From Spirochaetia bacterium (GTDB lineage Bacteria > Spirochaetota > Spirochaetia > DSM-2461), in the NCBI GenBank assembly GCA_963668315.1, contig OY764216.1, positions 1,568,001 to 1,632,000 of the forward strand: a DNA stretch of 64,000 nucleotides, in the 5' to 3' direction. The first letter of the stretch is position 1. The number at the start of each line of letters is the position of its first letter. Under the pieces are notes generated by a model, which saw nothing but the letters and a program-made list of their open reading frames with translations, was not told where the DNA came from and ran no database searches. The position numbers were made by a program, and so were the translations under genes. Positions 10,973 to 20,822 of the stretch are shown piece after piece.

Positions 10973-11187
10973 GCGGAATGGGGGACCTCGGTCCGGCCCG
11001 GGGCCGGGCTTTCCGCTCGTACTCCTCGGAAGCAGTGAAAGCGAAATTCGCTTTCACTCCCCTCTCTCCCGGGGCTCTGTCCCCGCCGCCCCTCCGCTCG
11101 GTGCTCCCTGCGGGGTGCCGCTCCCATCCCTTTTGGTCATGGGATACCGCACACCGGAAAGACCCCTCCCTGTTTTTTGCAGCAGGG
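10973..11187. other. GC-rich multi-hairpin intergenic element (ncRNA or REP/MITE-like; unassigned)
   Basis: Perfect 12-bp inverted repeat AGTGAAAGCGAA-a-TTCGCTTTCACT (11034-11058) plus several shorter stems, in a ~500-bp gap between divergent genes. Confidence 0.4.
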
Positions 11188-11362
11188 AAAATTTCGCCTG
11201 GTATTTTGAAGTCTCCGGGAAGGGGGAGGAGGGAAAAACCCCGCCTTTTAGCTTTCCTGAGAAAAAATCCCAACCTTTTCCCTCTTCCCGGCACTAAAGG
11301 GTATAGAATTAATACAGGGGAAAGGTTTTCGCTGAACGAAGCCGTCCCCTAAGGAGCGAGTC

Positions 11363-11968
11363 ATGAAACGGATAGAAGATTATTTCCCCCCCGGCGATGA
11401 GCATGACCGGATGATACAGAAGGCGCTGCGTGAGATCGATATGGCTTCGGCTGTCGCCCTCTGTGTCGGGCTGGGGGACAAGGCGGACATGATCTACCGG
11501 AACCTCAGTTCCCCTGTCTACGAACAGGTCAAGGAGGAAATGGGCCGGATGGAGAGCACCTTTCCCGCCGCCAGACGTTCCGCCGCCTACGCCCTCTTTC
11601 AGAAAAAGCTGCTGAAATTCGAGAAAAAAGGCCGGGAGCAGAGGGTCCTTTCCGAACCGGAAGAGCTGCGCTTCGACACCTTTGAGGAGATCCGCCAGTC
11701 CCTCCACCATCTCTATAACCTGAACAGGGAAGGGCAGATCGGTACCATGGAGCGGATGATCGGGGAAGTCTCCGATCCGGCGCTGAGGCGGCAGTTGGAA
11801 ACGGTGCTTTTCGCCGAAGATCCCCTGACCGCAGAGGCGATAATCGACAGGATGGCCTCTCGGCAGAAGGAGCGTTTCGAGAAGAAGCAGTATCTCCTCA
11901 AGGAGGGGCTCATCTCCCTGCTCGTGGGAGAGGGGGAGGAGATCTTCCTGGAAAAGATCTATGACTGA
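11363..11968 (+). CDS. FliG C-terminal-domain protein with MotA-like cytoplasmic C-half
   Basis: N-half IED...DRMIQKALREID...IYRNLS...VKEEM resembles FliG_C. C-half NREG...E...VSDPALRRQL...DP and EGLISLLVGE...EKI resembles MotA cytoplasmic segments. AAGGAG SD. Confidence 0.7.
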   Translation: MKRIEDYFPPGDEHDRMIQKALREIDMASAVALCVGLGDKADMIYRNLSSPVYEQVKEEMGRMESTFPAARRSAAYALFQKKLLKFEKKGREQRVLSEPEELRFDTFEEIRQSLHHLYNLNREGQIGTMERMIGEVSDPALRRQLETVLFAEDPLTAEAIIDRMASRQKERFEKKQYLLKEGLISLLVGEGEEIFLEKIYD

Positions 11969-12404
11969 TCTCCTCTGGGAGATATCAGGTCATGAGGATC
12001 GGATCAGAGGGTTTTTCCGGAGAGAGCAGCTGAGAAGCGACGTGATTGACGATCTGACCCAGGAAGTCCTCTGCCGGCTCTATGAATCGGCCGGACGGTT
12101 CAGGGGGGAATCCTCCCCGGGTACCTGGATCTACGGATACTGCCGGAACGTTCTCTATGAGTACTTCCGCAGGGAGAGAAAATTTCTTCCCCTGGAGATC
12201 GATCCGGCTTCATCCGCTCCCGACCCGTGGGATCTGGCTGTTCTCAGGTCCCGGGAAGAGAAGCTTCCCCCCCGGTTAAGGCAGATCTACGAGAAAAAAT
12301 ACCGCCAGGGGAAGAAAATCCGTGAGATAGCCGCGGAGCTCTCCCTCCCGGAAGGCACGGTAAAATACTACCTTTACGAGATCAGAAGACGGATGCGGGA
12401 CTGA
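11961..12404 (+). CDS. ECF-type RNA polymerase sigma factor
   Basis: Region 2 (DDLTQEV...FRGES..GTWIY..CRN) and region 4 (REIAAELSLPEGTVKYYL); 8-nt overlap with the upstream gene. Confidence 0.9.
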   Translation: MTDLLWEISGHEDRIRGFFRREQLRSDVIDDLTQEVLCRLYESAGRFRGESSPGTWIYGYCRNVLYEYFRRERKFLPLEIDPASSAPDPWDLAVLRSREEKLPPRLRQIYEKKYRQGKKIREIAAELSLPEGTVKYYLYEIRRRMRD

Positions 12405-12454
12405 CATCCACGCGGGAAAAATCCGCCCCCGGGGCTCAGAATGTCAGCCGGCCA

Positions 12455-14434
12455 TCAGAACTCTATGAACTCACTGTCCTCCGAACTCCTTTCCGAGGCA
12501 GGGAGGGCCCGCTTCACGCCGGTCCGTACTCTTCCCGGGGGAAGGGGCTGCGCGGTCCTGGCCGGTATGTTTTTCCGGCTTTTTTCCGCCCGATTAGGCA
12601 GTTTGAAGGCACTGTCGTCAATTGTGAAGAAGGCTATCGCCTCGTTCAGGAGATCCGCCTGGTTTTCCAGCTCCTCCGACATGGAGGCCGATTCCTCGGA
12701 AAAAGCCGCATTTTCCTGTATTACATGATCCAGCGTGATGAGGGCTTCGCTTATCTCCTGCGCGCCCGCCGCCTGTTCGTTGCAGGAAGAGCTTATTTCC
12801 TGTACAAGGGCCGCCGTTTCCATCGTCTCGGGCAGCATGGACTTCATCTGCCGGCCCGCCTCTTCTGCCATGGAGACTCCTTCGGCTGTGATTTTTTCTA
12901 TTTCATCGGCGGCGTTTTTGCTGCGGTCCGCCAGTTTCCCCACCTCCGATGCGACCACCATAAAACCCTTGCCGTACTCTCCGGCCCGGGCCGCTTCTAT
13001 GGAAGCGTTCAGAGCCAGCAGGTTGATATTCCGGGCGATCTCCTGGATCAGGGATATCCTTTTGGATATGATGTTCATGGCGTCTACCGTTTTCTGCACG
13101 GCCTCGTCGCTCTGACGGGACATCTCCGTGGACCGCTTGGCCTTCAATTCCGTTTCATTGGCATTGGAGGCGTTCTGGCTGATCGTGGCGTTCATCTCTT
13201 CCATGGAAGCGGATATCTCCTCAATGGAAGACGCCTGTGACGAGACGCCGCTGGAAAGGGCCTGGGCTGATTTGTTAATTTCCCTGCTGCCTTCGTGGAC
13301 CTGGACGGCTGCCGCATTGACGTTCCCGATTATCTGGACAAGCCTGTTCTTCATTTCGGTGAGAGACTGGGCGAGTTTTCCCGTTTCATCCTTTCTCTTG
13401 AGAAGATGATCGCCAAGGTCTTCGTTAAGGAATCCCTCGGATATCTTCTCGGCAAAACGGACGCTGGCGATAATGGGGCCGGTAAGGCTTCTGGAAAAGA
13501 GCATGAAAATCAGGAAGGTCACGAGGAAGGATAGGACTCCGGCGGCTATGATTATCCATTTGATCCGATGGGCGGGATGGAGGAATTCACTGTCAGGTAT
13601 GGTCAGGGCTATACCCCATCCCGTTTCGACGATGGGGGCATAGCCGGCGGTTTTTTCAATAACTCCGGACAGGTAGGGAATGATTCCTTGGCTGCCGGAC
13701 AGCATCTCTTCGGCCAGCTTCTCCATCCCGGCGGTTTTTTTGAGGTTCTTGGTGAAAATTTCCCCGTCGTCCGGATGGGCTATCACCCGGCCCTCCCGGT
13801 CGATAACGAAGGCGTATCCGGTGTCACCGATCTTCTCATCCCTGATCTGCTCCTGGATCAGTTCGAAGTTCACATGGATCACCAGAGCTCCCAGAACCTC
13901 ATTGTTCACTCCCGTGACAGGGGAGGAGAGGGGAATGTAGTGACCGCCGCCACGGGAACTCTCTTCCGGCTCGCCGTAGGCCGTATTACCTTTCAGTGCA
14001 TTCGTGACATAGACGGCCCGGCTGAAATCTGTCGCTTCGAAAGAATCATCGGTTCCTCCTATATACCGCCCGCTTCTGTCAAAAAGGAGGCAATCCTGAA
14101 TCTCCTCGGGGGCTATCATATGGAAGCGGTTCAGTTCCCGGCTCAGCAGATTTTCAGGCCGGCTGAGCTCACCCTCGGCGGAAATCAGTCCGTCTGAGAG
14201 ATAGTCCCGGATCAGAGTATTGTCCGCCAGGGCCTTGAGAAGCTTTTCTTCCTCGGCCAATACGCGGCTGATTCCCGCGGCGATTGTCGAAGCCCTGCTT
14301 TCCAGCTGCTCCGCTTCCAGTTCGTTCAGGGAAAGGGCCGATTCCCTGTAGGCAATCAGCCCGATTGCCGTGATCGTTACCAGCAGGATAACACTCCCCA
14401 CCGATACTAATGTTGACGCGATACCTCGTTTCAT
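12455..14434 (-). CDS. Methyl-accepting chemotaxis protein (dCache, HAMP)
   Basis: dCache motif [24 protein letters not shown] hairpin [23 protein letters not shown]. Confidence 0.95.
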   Translation of the reverse strand: MKRGIASTLVSVGSVILLVTITAIGLIAYRESALSLNELEAEQLESRASTIAAGISRVLAEEEKLLKALADNTLIRDYLSDGLISAEGELSRPENLLSRELNRFHMIAPEEIQDCLLFDRSGRYIGGTDDSFEATDFSRAVYVTNALKGNTAYGEPEESSRGGGHYIPLSSPVTGVNNEVLGALVIHVNFELIQEQIRDEKIGDTGYAFVIDREGRVIAHPDDGEIFTKNLKKTAGMEKLAEEMLSGSQGIIPYLSGVIEKTAGYAPIVETGWGIALTIPDSEFLHPAHRIKWIIIAAGVLSFLVTFLIFMLFSRSLTGPIIASVRFAEKISEGFLNEDLGDHLLKRKDETGKLAQSLTEMKNRLVQIIGNVNAAAVQVHEGSREINKSAQALSSGVSSQASSIEEISASMEEMNATISQNASNANETELKAKRSTEMSRQSDEAVQKTVDAMNIISKRISLIQEIARNINLLALNASIEAARAGEYGKGFMVVASEVGKLADRSKNAADEIEKITAEGVSMAEEAGRQMKSMLPETMETAALVQEISSSCNEQAAGAQEISEALITLDHVIQENAAFSEESASMSEELENQADLLNEAIAFFTIDDSAFKLPNRAEKSRKNIPARTAQPLPPGRVRTGVKRALPASERSSEDSEFIEF

Positions 14435-14582
14435 AGTTGTTCCTCTTTCTTCGTTTTTAATTGAACCGGGGGAGAAGGTTTTGCTGTCAACCTATGTGCA
14501 TATGCCCCCTCTATAGAAATCTTTCATCCGAAAAGGGCATTTGTCGAGGTATCGTTTTATATCAGTTTTTTATAGCATGCTG

Positions 14583-15692
14583 TCAGTTGACAATCTGTTT
14601 GTTATTGATAAACAGTAAAAGTTCCTCCCTTCCCCTGACCTGCAGTTTCCGGTAGATATTCGTTAAATGCTTTCTCACCGTGATTTCGGCGATTCCCATC
14701 TCATAGGCTATCTCTTTCGCTGTTTTCAGGAGTGACAGACGGGACAGGACTTTTACTTCTTTGGCTGTCAGATCGTAATCCGATGCCGAGAGGCTCCGGG
14801 AGGGGGTATCTTCTTTTTTCTGATCAAGGGAGATATCCTTTAGAAGAAGGCTGATCATCTCCTTCATTCCTTCCATCTCTTCCTGGAGCCTGAGCATGGG
14901 ATTCTCCCTTTCCTCCCGGGACACGAAGATCAGCTTGATGACTCCTCCGCCCGACCTGATCTCTTTCCGTTCAAGAATCATGACTGCCTTAAAGGTGACC
15001 TTTACCCTATCGGTAGAGAGAAGGGTCAGGGGAAAACGGTCATTCCCGTCGATTTTTCCTTCCAGTCTTGCCGTAACGGCAGAAAGACTCTCTACGGTGA
15101 GAATCTGCTCAATATGGAGGGACTTATTCATTCCCTCTTCCCCGATTCGGAGAATCTCTGTGAACGGCCCTCGTAGGGAGATAAGTCTGCCTGTCTCCAG
15201 GCTGAACGAGAGGGTCCCCCAGGACTTCCCCGAGTCACGAGAAAGATCCTTAGGCTTATCTCCACTCTTATCCGATTCCGAAAGGGGAACGGGACTGTTT
15301 TTCAGAAACAGGCAGAGGATTCGGCTTTCCTCTTCTCTTTCTCCTGTCAGGAGATAGCCGTAAACCTTGACCGGAACGGCGGCGCCGTCCCGGCTGTAGA
15401 GTATCTTGCTCAGGCAGATTTCCGACTCCTCACCGGAAAGAAGGGAATTTATGGAAGTTATGGACTTCTCAATAAACAGGGGGGATATGATATGGGGATA
15501 CCTCATTCCGATGAGTTCCGCGGAAGGATAGCCTAACTCCTCAGTGAAAAAATCATTTGTATAGAGGAATCTTCCGTCCCCGTCTATCAGAGCGACTCCG
15601 AGATATGAGGACCTGTGAAGTAGGGTGAAAATATTTCTGCTTACGCCGAAAAGAGTACTGAGATCCGTCCTATTCATAAATACCTTATTCAT
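14583..15692 (-). CDS. PAS-domain LuxR-family transcriptional regulator (paralogue 1)
   Basis: PAS (LGVALIDGDGRFLYTNDFFTEELGY); C-terminal LuxR HTH (LTAKE...KEIAYEMGIAEITVRKHLTNIYRKL). Confidence 0.88.
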   Translation of the reverse strand: MNKVFMNRTDLSTLFGVSRNIFTLLHRSSYLGVALIDGDGRFLYTNDFFTEELGYPSAELIGMRYPHIISPLFIEKSITSINSLLSGEESEICLSKILYSRDGAAVPVKVYGYLLTGEREEESRILCLFLKNSPVPLSESDKSGDKPKDLSRDSGKSWGTLSFSLETGRLISLRGPFTEILRIGEEGMNKSLHIEQILTVESLSAVTARLEGKIDGNDRFPLTLLSTDRVKVTFKAVMILERKEIRSGGGVIKLIFVSREERENPMLRLQEEMEGMKEMISLLLKDISLDQKKEDTPSRSLSASDYDLTAKEVKVLSRLSLLKTAKEIAYEMGIAEITVRKHLTNIYRKLQVRGREELLLFINNKQIVN

Positions 15693-15982
15693 TTTCTAAT
15701 ATATTCATGCAATCTATCGTCCCCGGGGGGATTGATCAATAGGAAAGTGTGATGAATTTTACAAAAAACAACATTAAATGGCCTCTGGAGACCATATAAG
15801 TCCCTATATGTCCTTAGAAGTATCGTTTGTCTGAAAGAACCTCAGGACAAGTTTCCCCTATCCTATCTGTTACTTTCGTCACGGTTTCAGGGTGAGAAAA
15901 AGACAGAATAAATAAACTGAAAGTTACTTAATGCGATTCTTGATGAAAGATAGAATGAAAGAACCATACAAGGAAGGTTTCT

Positions 15983-16558
15983 ATGAAAATACTCCCCATT
16001 CTATTCGCTTTGTCTTTTATTCTCACCATGACGGGCTGCCCCGATCCCTCTTCGAAAACAGAGGGCTATGTTGTCATATACAGTCCTAATTACGCCGACG
16101 GCGGAACAGTACCCGCCCCACAGACCAAGACTCCCGGAGAACCTCTGCTCATTTCCGATAATACGGGAAAACTCTCAAAGGAAGGCTTCGTCTTCTACGG
16201 CTGGAACAGCCGTATGGACGGGGAAGGAACCCTATGGAGGGGAGGGGATTATTACAAAGAAGACGCTCCTATCACCATCTATGCCGATTGGGCCGATGCA
16301 GCAACCACCTGCTGGATACGTTATGACGGCAACGGGGCCGACTCGGGAACCACTCCGAGGGATCAGCCCAGGAAAATGGATGATTATGCCGAAATCGCCG
16401 ATAATACGGGTAATCTGGCCAAAGAGGGATATGTTTTCAGCGGATGGAACAAATCCAAGTATGGGGATGAGCAGGCATTTAAGCCGGGCAGTACCTATAC
16501 GGGAGATTATGACCTCAATTTATATGCCGTCTGGGAGCCGGTTGAAGTCCCCTGGTAA
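15983..16558 (+). CDS. Lipoprotein with two InlB B-repeat (Listeria-Bacteroides repeat) domains
   Basis: Lipobox MTGC; two repeats Y..N.A..G..P...KEG(F/Y)VF.GWN...YA.W. Confidence 0.85.
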   Translation: MKILPILFALSFILTMTGCPDPSSKTEGYVVIYSPNYADGGTVPAPQTKTPGEPLLISDNTGKLSKEGFVFYGWNSRMDGEGTLWRGGDYYKEDAPITIYADWADAATTCWIRYDGNGADSGTTPRDQPRKMDDYAEIADNTGNLAKEGYVFSGWNKSKYGDEQAFKPGSTYTGDYDLNLYAVWEPVEVPW

Positions 16559-16773
16559 GAGTTGAACGTTCAATCCTTTTCGTGGAAAGCAAGGCATATT
16601 ACAGGTATGAAGACGATCATTCTGCTTTTCACTCCCGCCCGGCGGCGCCCGAGGAGGCTGGTCACAAACCTTTGGTTTGCTGCTCGCCTATGCGCCCTGG
16701 CCGTCAGCCCCGCATAGCCTGGTTCCGGGCTTTGCCCGGAACGGACCCGTTTCCCAAGGGTTATAGTTTATTA

Positions 16774-16803
16774 TTGACAAATCGGGGGAGCTGTTCCTAT
16801 TAT
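16774..16803 (+). promoter_or_regulatory. sigma-70-like promoter, probably leaderless
   Basis: TTGACA-N18-TATTAT-N5-ATG(16809). Confidence 0.6.
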
Positions 16804-16808
16804 GATGT

Positions 16809-17543
16809 ATGCGCGACCTCCTTATCATCGATGACGAGTATGAAATTCGAAACGGTATCGCCCGGTATTTTCCCTGGAATAATCTGGCCATTGAGGTGGC
16901 CGCCGTCTGTGAGGGGGGAGCCGAAGCTCTGGCTCTTCTGGCCAGAAGAAATATCGACCTGATCCTGTGCGATATCAGGATGCCGGAAATGGACGGAATC
17001 CGCTTCGCCGAGATAGTGAGGGAGTACAACTACCCCTGCCAGATCGTGTTTTTAAGCGCCCACAAGGATTTCGAATACGCCCGCAAAGCCATTGAGCTGG
17101 GTGTGAAGAATTATATTATCAAGCCCGCCGGTTACGATGAACTCTATGCCACCTTCTCCAAGCTTGTCCGGGAGGAGGACGAAGAGGAAGAGGTGCTTCG
17201 GGATAGGCCGGATTCCTTCGAAGGGGCTCTGAGCGATCAGGTAAGCATGCTTATTTCGGCAGATCTGAGAAATGCCTCCCTCTCCTCCGTTTCCGATTCG
17301 GTCAGTCTGAGCCCCAATTACCTCAGCTCCCTGCTTTATCAGGAGTGCGGCAAGACGTTTTCCGCCCTGGCCATGGACGTGAGAATGAAAGAGGCCGCCT
17401 CTCTTCTGCGCGATACCCGTCTGAAGGTCTATGAGATCTGCGAGATGGTCGGCTATGCCAATGTGAAGAGCTTCACCCGGGCTTTCAGGCACTATTACGG
17501 GATTCCTCCCCGGGAGTTCGGTCTTCAGTTCCATGAACAGTAA
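16809..17543 (+). CDS. Response regulator, REC + AraC HTH (YesN-like)
   Basis: LIIDDE, DIRMPEMDG, IKP; C-terminal VGY.NVKSF.RAF...YG.PP.EF. Confidence 0.93.
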   Translation: MRDLLIIDDEYEIRNGIARYFPWNNLAIEVAAVCEGGAEALALLARRNIDLILCDIRMPEMDGIRFAEIVREYNYPCQIVFLSAHKDFEYARKAIELGVKNYIIKPAGYDELYATFSKLVREEDEEEEVLRDRPDSFEGALSDQVSMLISADLRNASLSSVSDSVSLSPNYLSSLLYQECGKTFSALAMDVRMKEAASLLRDTRLKVYEICEMVGYANVKSFTRAFRHYYGIPPREFGLQFHEQ

Positions 17544-19317
17544 CCAGAAAGCCCGCTTCTACGGGCGAAAGTATCTGACTCTGCTTCTGCCGGTGGTTAT
17601 CCCCCTCCTCATTCTGGGCCTCGTTTCCATGACGGTCACGGGAAATCTGATTAATCAGGAAATGACGGAACTGACCAGAAAACAGCTGGACGTGCTTAAA
17701 TATGATCTGGAGCAGACCATTGTGGAGATGGATTCGCTCAATCTTGCCTTCGCGTCGAACAATTCGGTGGTATCCGTGGTGGACGATGTACTTTCCCGGG
17801 AGGATACGATCTCCTTCGAGGATATCCGGCAGGTCAGGATTCTGCAGAATTTCCTGAATGCCCAGATAAACGGGAAGCCCTATGTGGACTCCTTCTACCT
17901 CTACCTGGAAGCCTATCCGGACCGTTTTTTCGATTCGGCCCGGGGAATTGTGGAGATTGAGGACTTTACCGATAAGGGATGGCGGGACAGTTATCTGGCC
18001 CGGGGGCAGGGAGAGCTCCTCTGGACGGAGAACCGGAATATATACCGCTACGACTTCGAGACGACGCCCCGGCCCTGCATTACTTTTTACCGCCGTATCT
18101 TTCCCGCCCTGAACAAACGGGACGGGGTCCTCGTGCTGAATCTGGACAGGACGTATTTCGATTCCCTGCTGGAGGATTCCCGCCTGTACAGGGAGCAGAG
18201 CATTTTCCTGCTGGACCGGTTCGGAGACATCATCCTCTCCACCGGAGACAACGGGAAAATCCCCCTCGGGGAGAACCGTAACGGACCGGCGTCGCCGGAG
18301 GGGGATTTCTCCCTGACGGGAGAACGGGGAAACCGCTATTTCCGTTATGTTTCGCCGGTGGACTACTACGGCTGGAAGATCGTTTCCCTGATTCCCGAAA
18401 AGAGTCTCACCTATGTGTATGACACGATCCGCAATCTCATCATCGTTCTTCTGGCCCTTTCCCTGTTCCTGGGCTTACTGCTCACCCTCTCCCTTATGAG
18501 GCGGAACTCAAAACGCGTGGCCGCCGTAACAGCCCTGTTTGAACAGGCCGAGAAGGGCAATATTCCCATCATTCCCCCCAAGGAACGGCATGACGAATAC
18601 GATTATATGATTCAGACCCTTATCAGGACCTTTCTGAATGAACGCTATGCCAAGCTGCAGCTTTCGGAGAGAAGGACCCGTGAGGAGAATCTGGAGCTGA
18701 AGACCCTCAGGGCGCAGATCAATCCCCATTTTCTGTTCAATACGCTGGAAAGCCTCTACTGGATGGTTTACGGAGAGGAGGGGCTTCCTTCGCCCGCCTC
18801 AATCATGATCAAAGATCTCTCCTCTCTCCTCCGCTACTCCATGGAGAACGGAGAGCGGGTGACCCTTGCCGAAGAGATAGACCACGGAAAATCCTATCTG
18901 GCCATTCAGCAAGTGCGTTACCGGGACAAAATCCGGGTCTTCTGGCATGTGGACGGTCAAACGATGAAGATTCCCGTGGTGAAACTTCTCCTCCAGCCCC
19001 TTCTGGAAAACGCTATTTATCACGGAGTACGCAATCTGCCCGGAGGAGGGGAGATCCATGTCCGGACTGAGCTGACAGGGGAAGGGGATCTTAAGGTTCA
19101 GGTCAGGGATAACGGAAAGGGAATGGGGGATGCGGACCGGGCGAAGCTGATATCTGTTCTCTCCCGGGATGTCCCGCCGGATAATCATATAGGCCTGTAT
19201 AATACCCACCGGCGTCTCATGCTGAATTACGGTTCCCCCTACGGTCTCAATTTTCCCCTCTGCCGGGAGGGGGGATTTGCCGTCTATGCCCTTCTTCCCG
19301 GAGTAATCGTGGAATAG
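17533..19317 (+). CDS. Sensor histidine kinase (YesM/LytS-like)
   Basis: Two TM segments, AQINPHFLFNTLE, LQPLLENAIYHG, DNGKG, HIGLYN. Confidence 0.93.
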   Translation: MNSNQKARFYGRKYLTLLLPVVIPLLILGLVSMTVTGNLINQEMTELTRKQLDVLKYDLEQTIVEMDSLNLAFASNNSVVSVVDDVLSREDTISFEDIRQVRILQNFLNAQINGKPYVDSFYLYLEAYPDRFFDSARGIVEIEDFTDKGWRDSYLARGQGELLWTENRNIYRYDFETTPRPCITFYRRIFPALNKRDGVLVLNLDRTYFDSLLEDSRLYREQSIFLLDRFGDIILSTGDNGKIPLGENRNGPASPEGDFSLTGERGNRYFRYVSPVDYYGWKIVSLIPEKSLTYVYDTIRNLIIVLLALSLFLGLLLTLSLMRRNSKRVAAVTALFEQAEKGNIPIIPPKERHDEYDYMIQTLIRTFLNERYAKLQLSERRTREENLELKTLRAQINPHFLFNTLESLYWMVYGEEGLPSPASIMIKDLSSLLRYSMENGERVTLAEEIDHGKSYLAIQQVRYRDKIRVFWHVDGQTMKIPVVKLLLQPLLENAIYHGVRNLPGGGEIHVRTELTGEGDLKVQVRDNGKGMGDADRAKLISVLSRDVPPDNHIGLYNTHRRLMLNYGSPYGLNFPLCREGGFAVYALLPGVIVE

Positions 19318-19490
19318 GATCCCTTTTATCTTTGATATTGCACCCCTTTTCGTCATGGGTGGATAAAATGTGGGGATATTTCCTTAAACTGGTCCCTTGC
19401 GGGCTGGAAAAAGTGAACGTAAGATAAATCATAAACTATCAGGGCGGACCGGCACCGCTTCCGGACCGCCTGTGCAGTCAAGGAGTTTTT

Positions 19491-20759
19491 ATGAAGAAAA
19501 AAATCGGCTTTATCCTCGTCCTGTCGCTTATGACAGGCCTGGCGCTTTTCGCATCCGGTGATCAGGATGGGGGAGGAAAGAAGGAGATCCGTTTCGCCTG
19601 GTGGGGCGGGGATGCAAGACATCAAGCCACCGTGGCCGCCATAGACGCTTACAATGCGGCTCATCCCGAGACTTTCGTCAAGGCGGAGTACCAGGGCTGG
19701 GACGGTTATTACGATAAGCTGATCACTCAGCTGGCCGCCGGAACAGGCCCGGACGCTTTCCAGTTCGTCATCGCCTTTTTCAGCGACGTGAGAAAAAACC
19801 CGGAGATCTTCTACGATCTGAGACAGCTCCCGGGACTGGACCTTTCCGGCTGGTCCGATACGACTCTGGATATCATGAGTCTTGACGGTAAGCTGGTGGG
19901 AACGCCTCTGGGACAGAATGCCCGTATTCTTGTTTACAATAAGGATCTGGCTTCCCGTCTCGGCTTCACCGTTGACGGTTACTTTGACTGGGATGAATTC
20001 CATGACAAGGTTCAGGCCGCCAAAGCCAAGGATCCTTCCGTTGTGGGCTACAGCGGTATCATGGACCAGATGTACTACGCCCTTATGGGTTATCTCGTTC
20101 AGACTTCGGGCAAAAAATTCATAACCGACGATGTGGAGTTCGGCTTTACCGAAGCCCAGCTCGCCGAAGGACTTGCCATGTTTCTCCAGTGGTTCGAAGA
20201 CGGCACTCTCCAGGCTCTGAACAAAACGGCTCTTCTTAACAGCGCCTGGTCCGATCCTGAATGGCTTAACGGCAAAGTCCTCTTTTCCGAAACACCCGTT
20301 ACCCAGCTGGGACAGCAGATGAATTACGGTTTCGCCGCCGATATTACCCGCTACTGGGTTAAGGACGGCGCCGCTCTGACCGGTAACCCCGTGGGGCCGA
20401 ACATGATGTTCTGCGTAAACGGCAAAACCGCCCAGCCCGAGCTGGTGGCTTCCACGCTGAACTTCCTCCTTACCGAAGAGGAAGGTGTTATGGACATGGA
20501 GCTTCAGAGAGGCGTACCTTCCAACAAGAAGGCCTACGACATACTGGTTAAGAACAACATGATCGACGAAATGACGAAGAAAGCCATGAAGATCGTGGAC
20601 GATACGGACACGGGACAGTATTCCTACATGGATCCCAATGAAATCCAGGATGCTCTGAAAGACACCCTTCAGATCGTTGGATTCAAGGATCAGACACCCG
20701 CTGAGGCCGCAAAGAATTTCATGGAGAAGGGTAACCGGATCCTGAGCAGCTACAAATAG
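19491..20759 (+). CDS. Carbohydrate ABC transporter substrate-binding protein (TogB/YesO-like)
   Basis: Signal peptide; RFAWWGGDARHQAT...KAEYQGWDGY..KLITQ.A.GT.PD resembles oligogalacturonide/rhamnogalacturonide binders. Confidence 0.9.
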   Translation: MKKKIGFILVLSLMTGLALFASGDQDGGGKKEIRFAWWGGDARHQATVAAIDAYNAAHPETFVKAEYQGWDGYYDKLITQLAAGTGPDAFQFVIAFFSDVRKNPEIFYDLRQLPGLDLSGWSDTTLDIMSLDGKLVGTPLGQNARILVYNKDLASRLGFTVDGYFDWDEFHDKVQAAKAKDPSVVGYSGIMDQMYYALMGYLVQTSGKKFITDDVEFGFTEAQLAEGLAMFLQWFEDGTLQALNKTALLNSAWSDPEWLNGKVLFSETPVTQLGQQMNYGFAADITRYWVKDGAALTGNPVGPNMMFCVNGKTAQPELVASTLNFLLTEEEGVMDMELQRGVPSNKKAYDILVKNNMIDEMTKKAMKIVDDTDTGQYSYMDPNEIQDALKDTLQIVGFKDQTPAEAAKNFMEKGNRILSSYK

Positions 20760-20778
20760 GCAATTTTCCCAAAACCTT

Positions 20779-20800
20779 CCCGCCCGGCTTCCCGGGCGGG
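20779..20800 (+). other. Intercistronic stem-loop after the binding-protein gene
   Basis: CCCGCCCGG-CTTC-CCGGGCGGG perfect 9-bp stem with no U-tract; usual position for an mRNA-stabilising or attenuating hairpin. Confidence 0.7.
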
Positions 20801-20822
20801 TATAATTTCAAATGAGGCTGAC

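Noticed and set aside
10950..11200. Assignment as SRP RNA, RNase P RNA, tmRNA or a Rex site
   Set aside because: Lacks the SRP helix-8 context and the RNase P GAGGAAAGTCC signature; the GTGAAA...TTTCAC spacing is too long for Rex.
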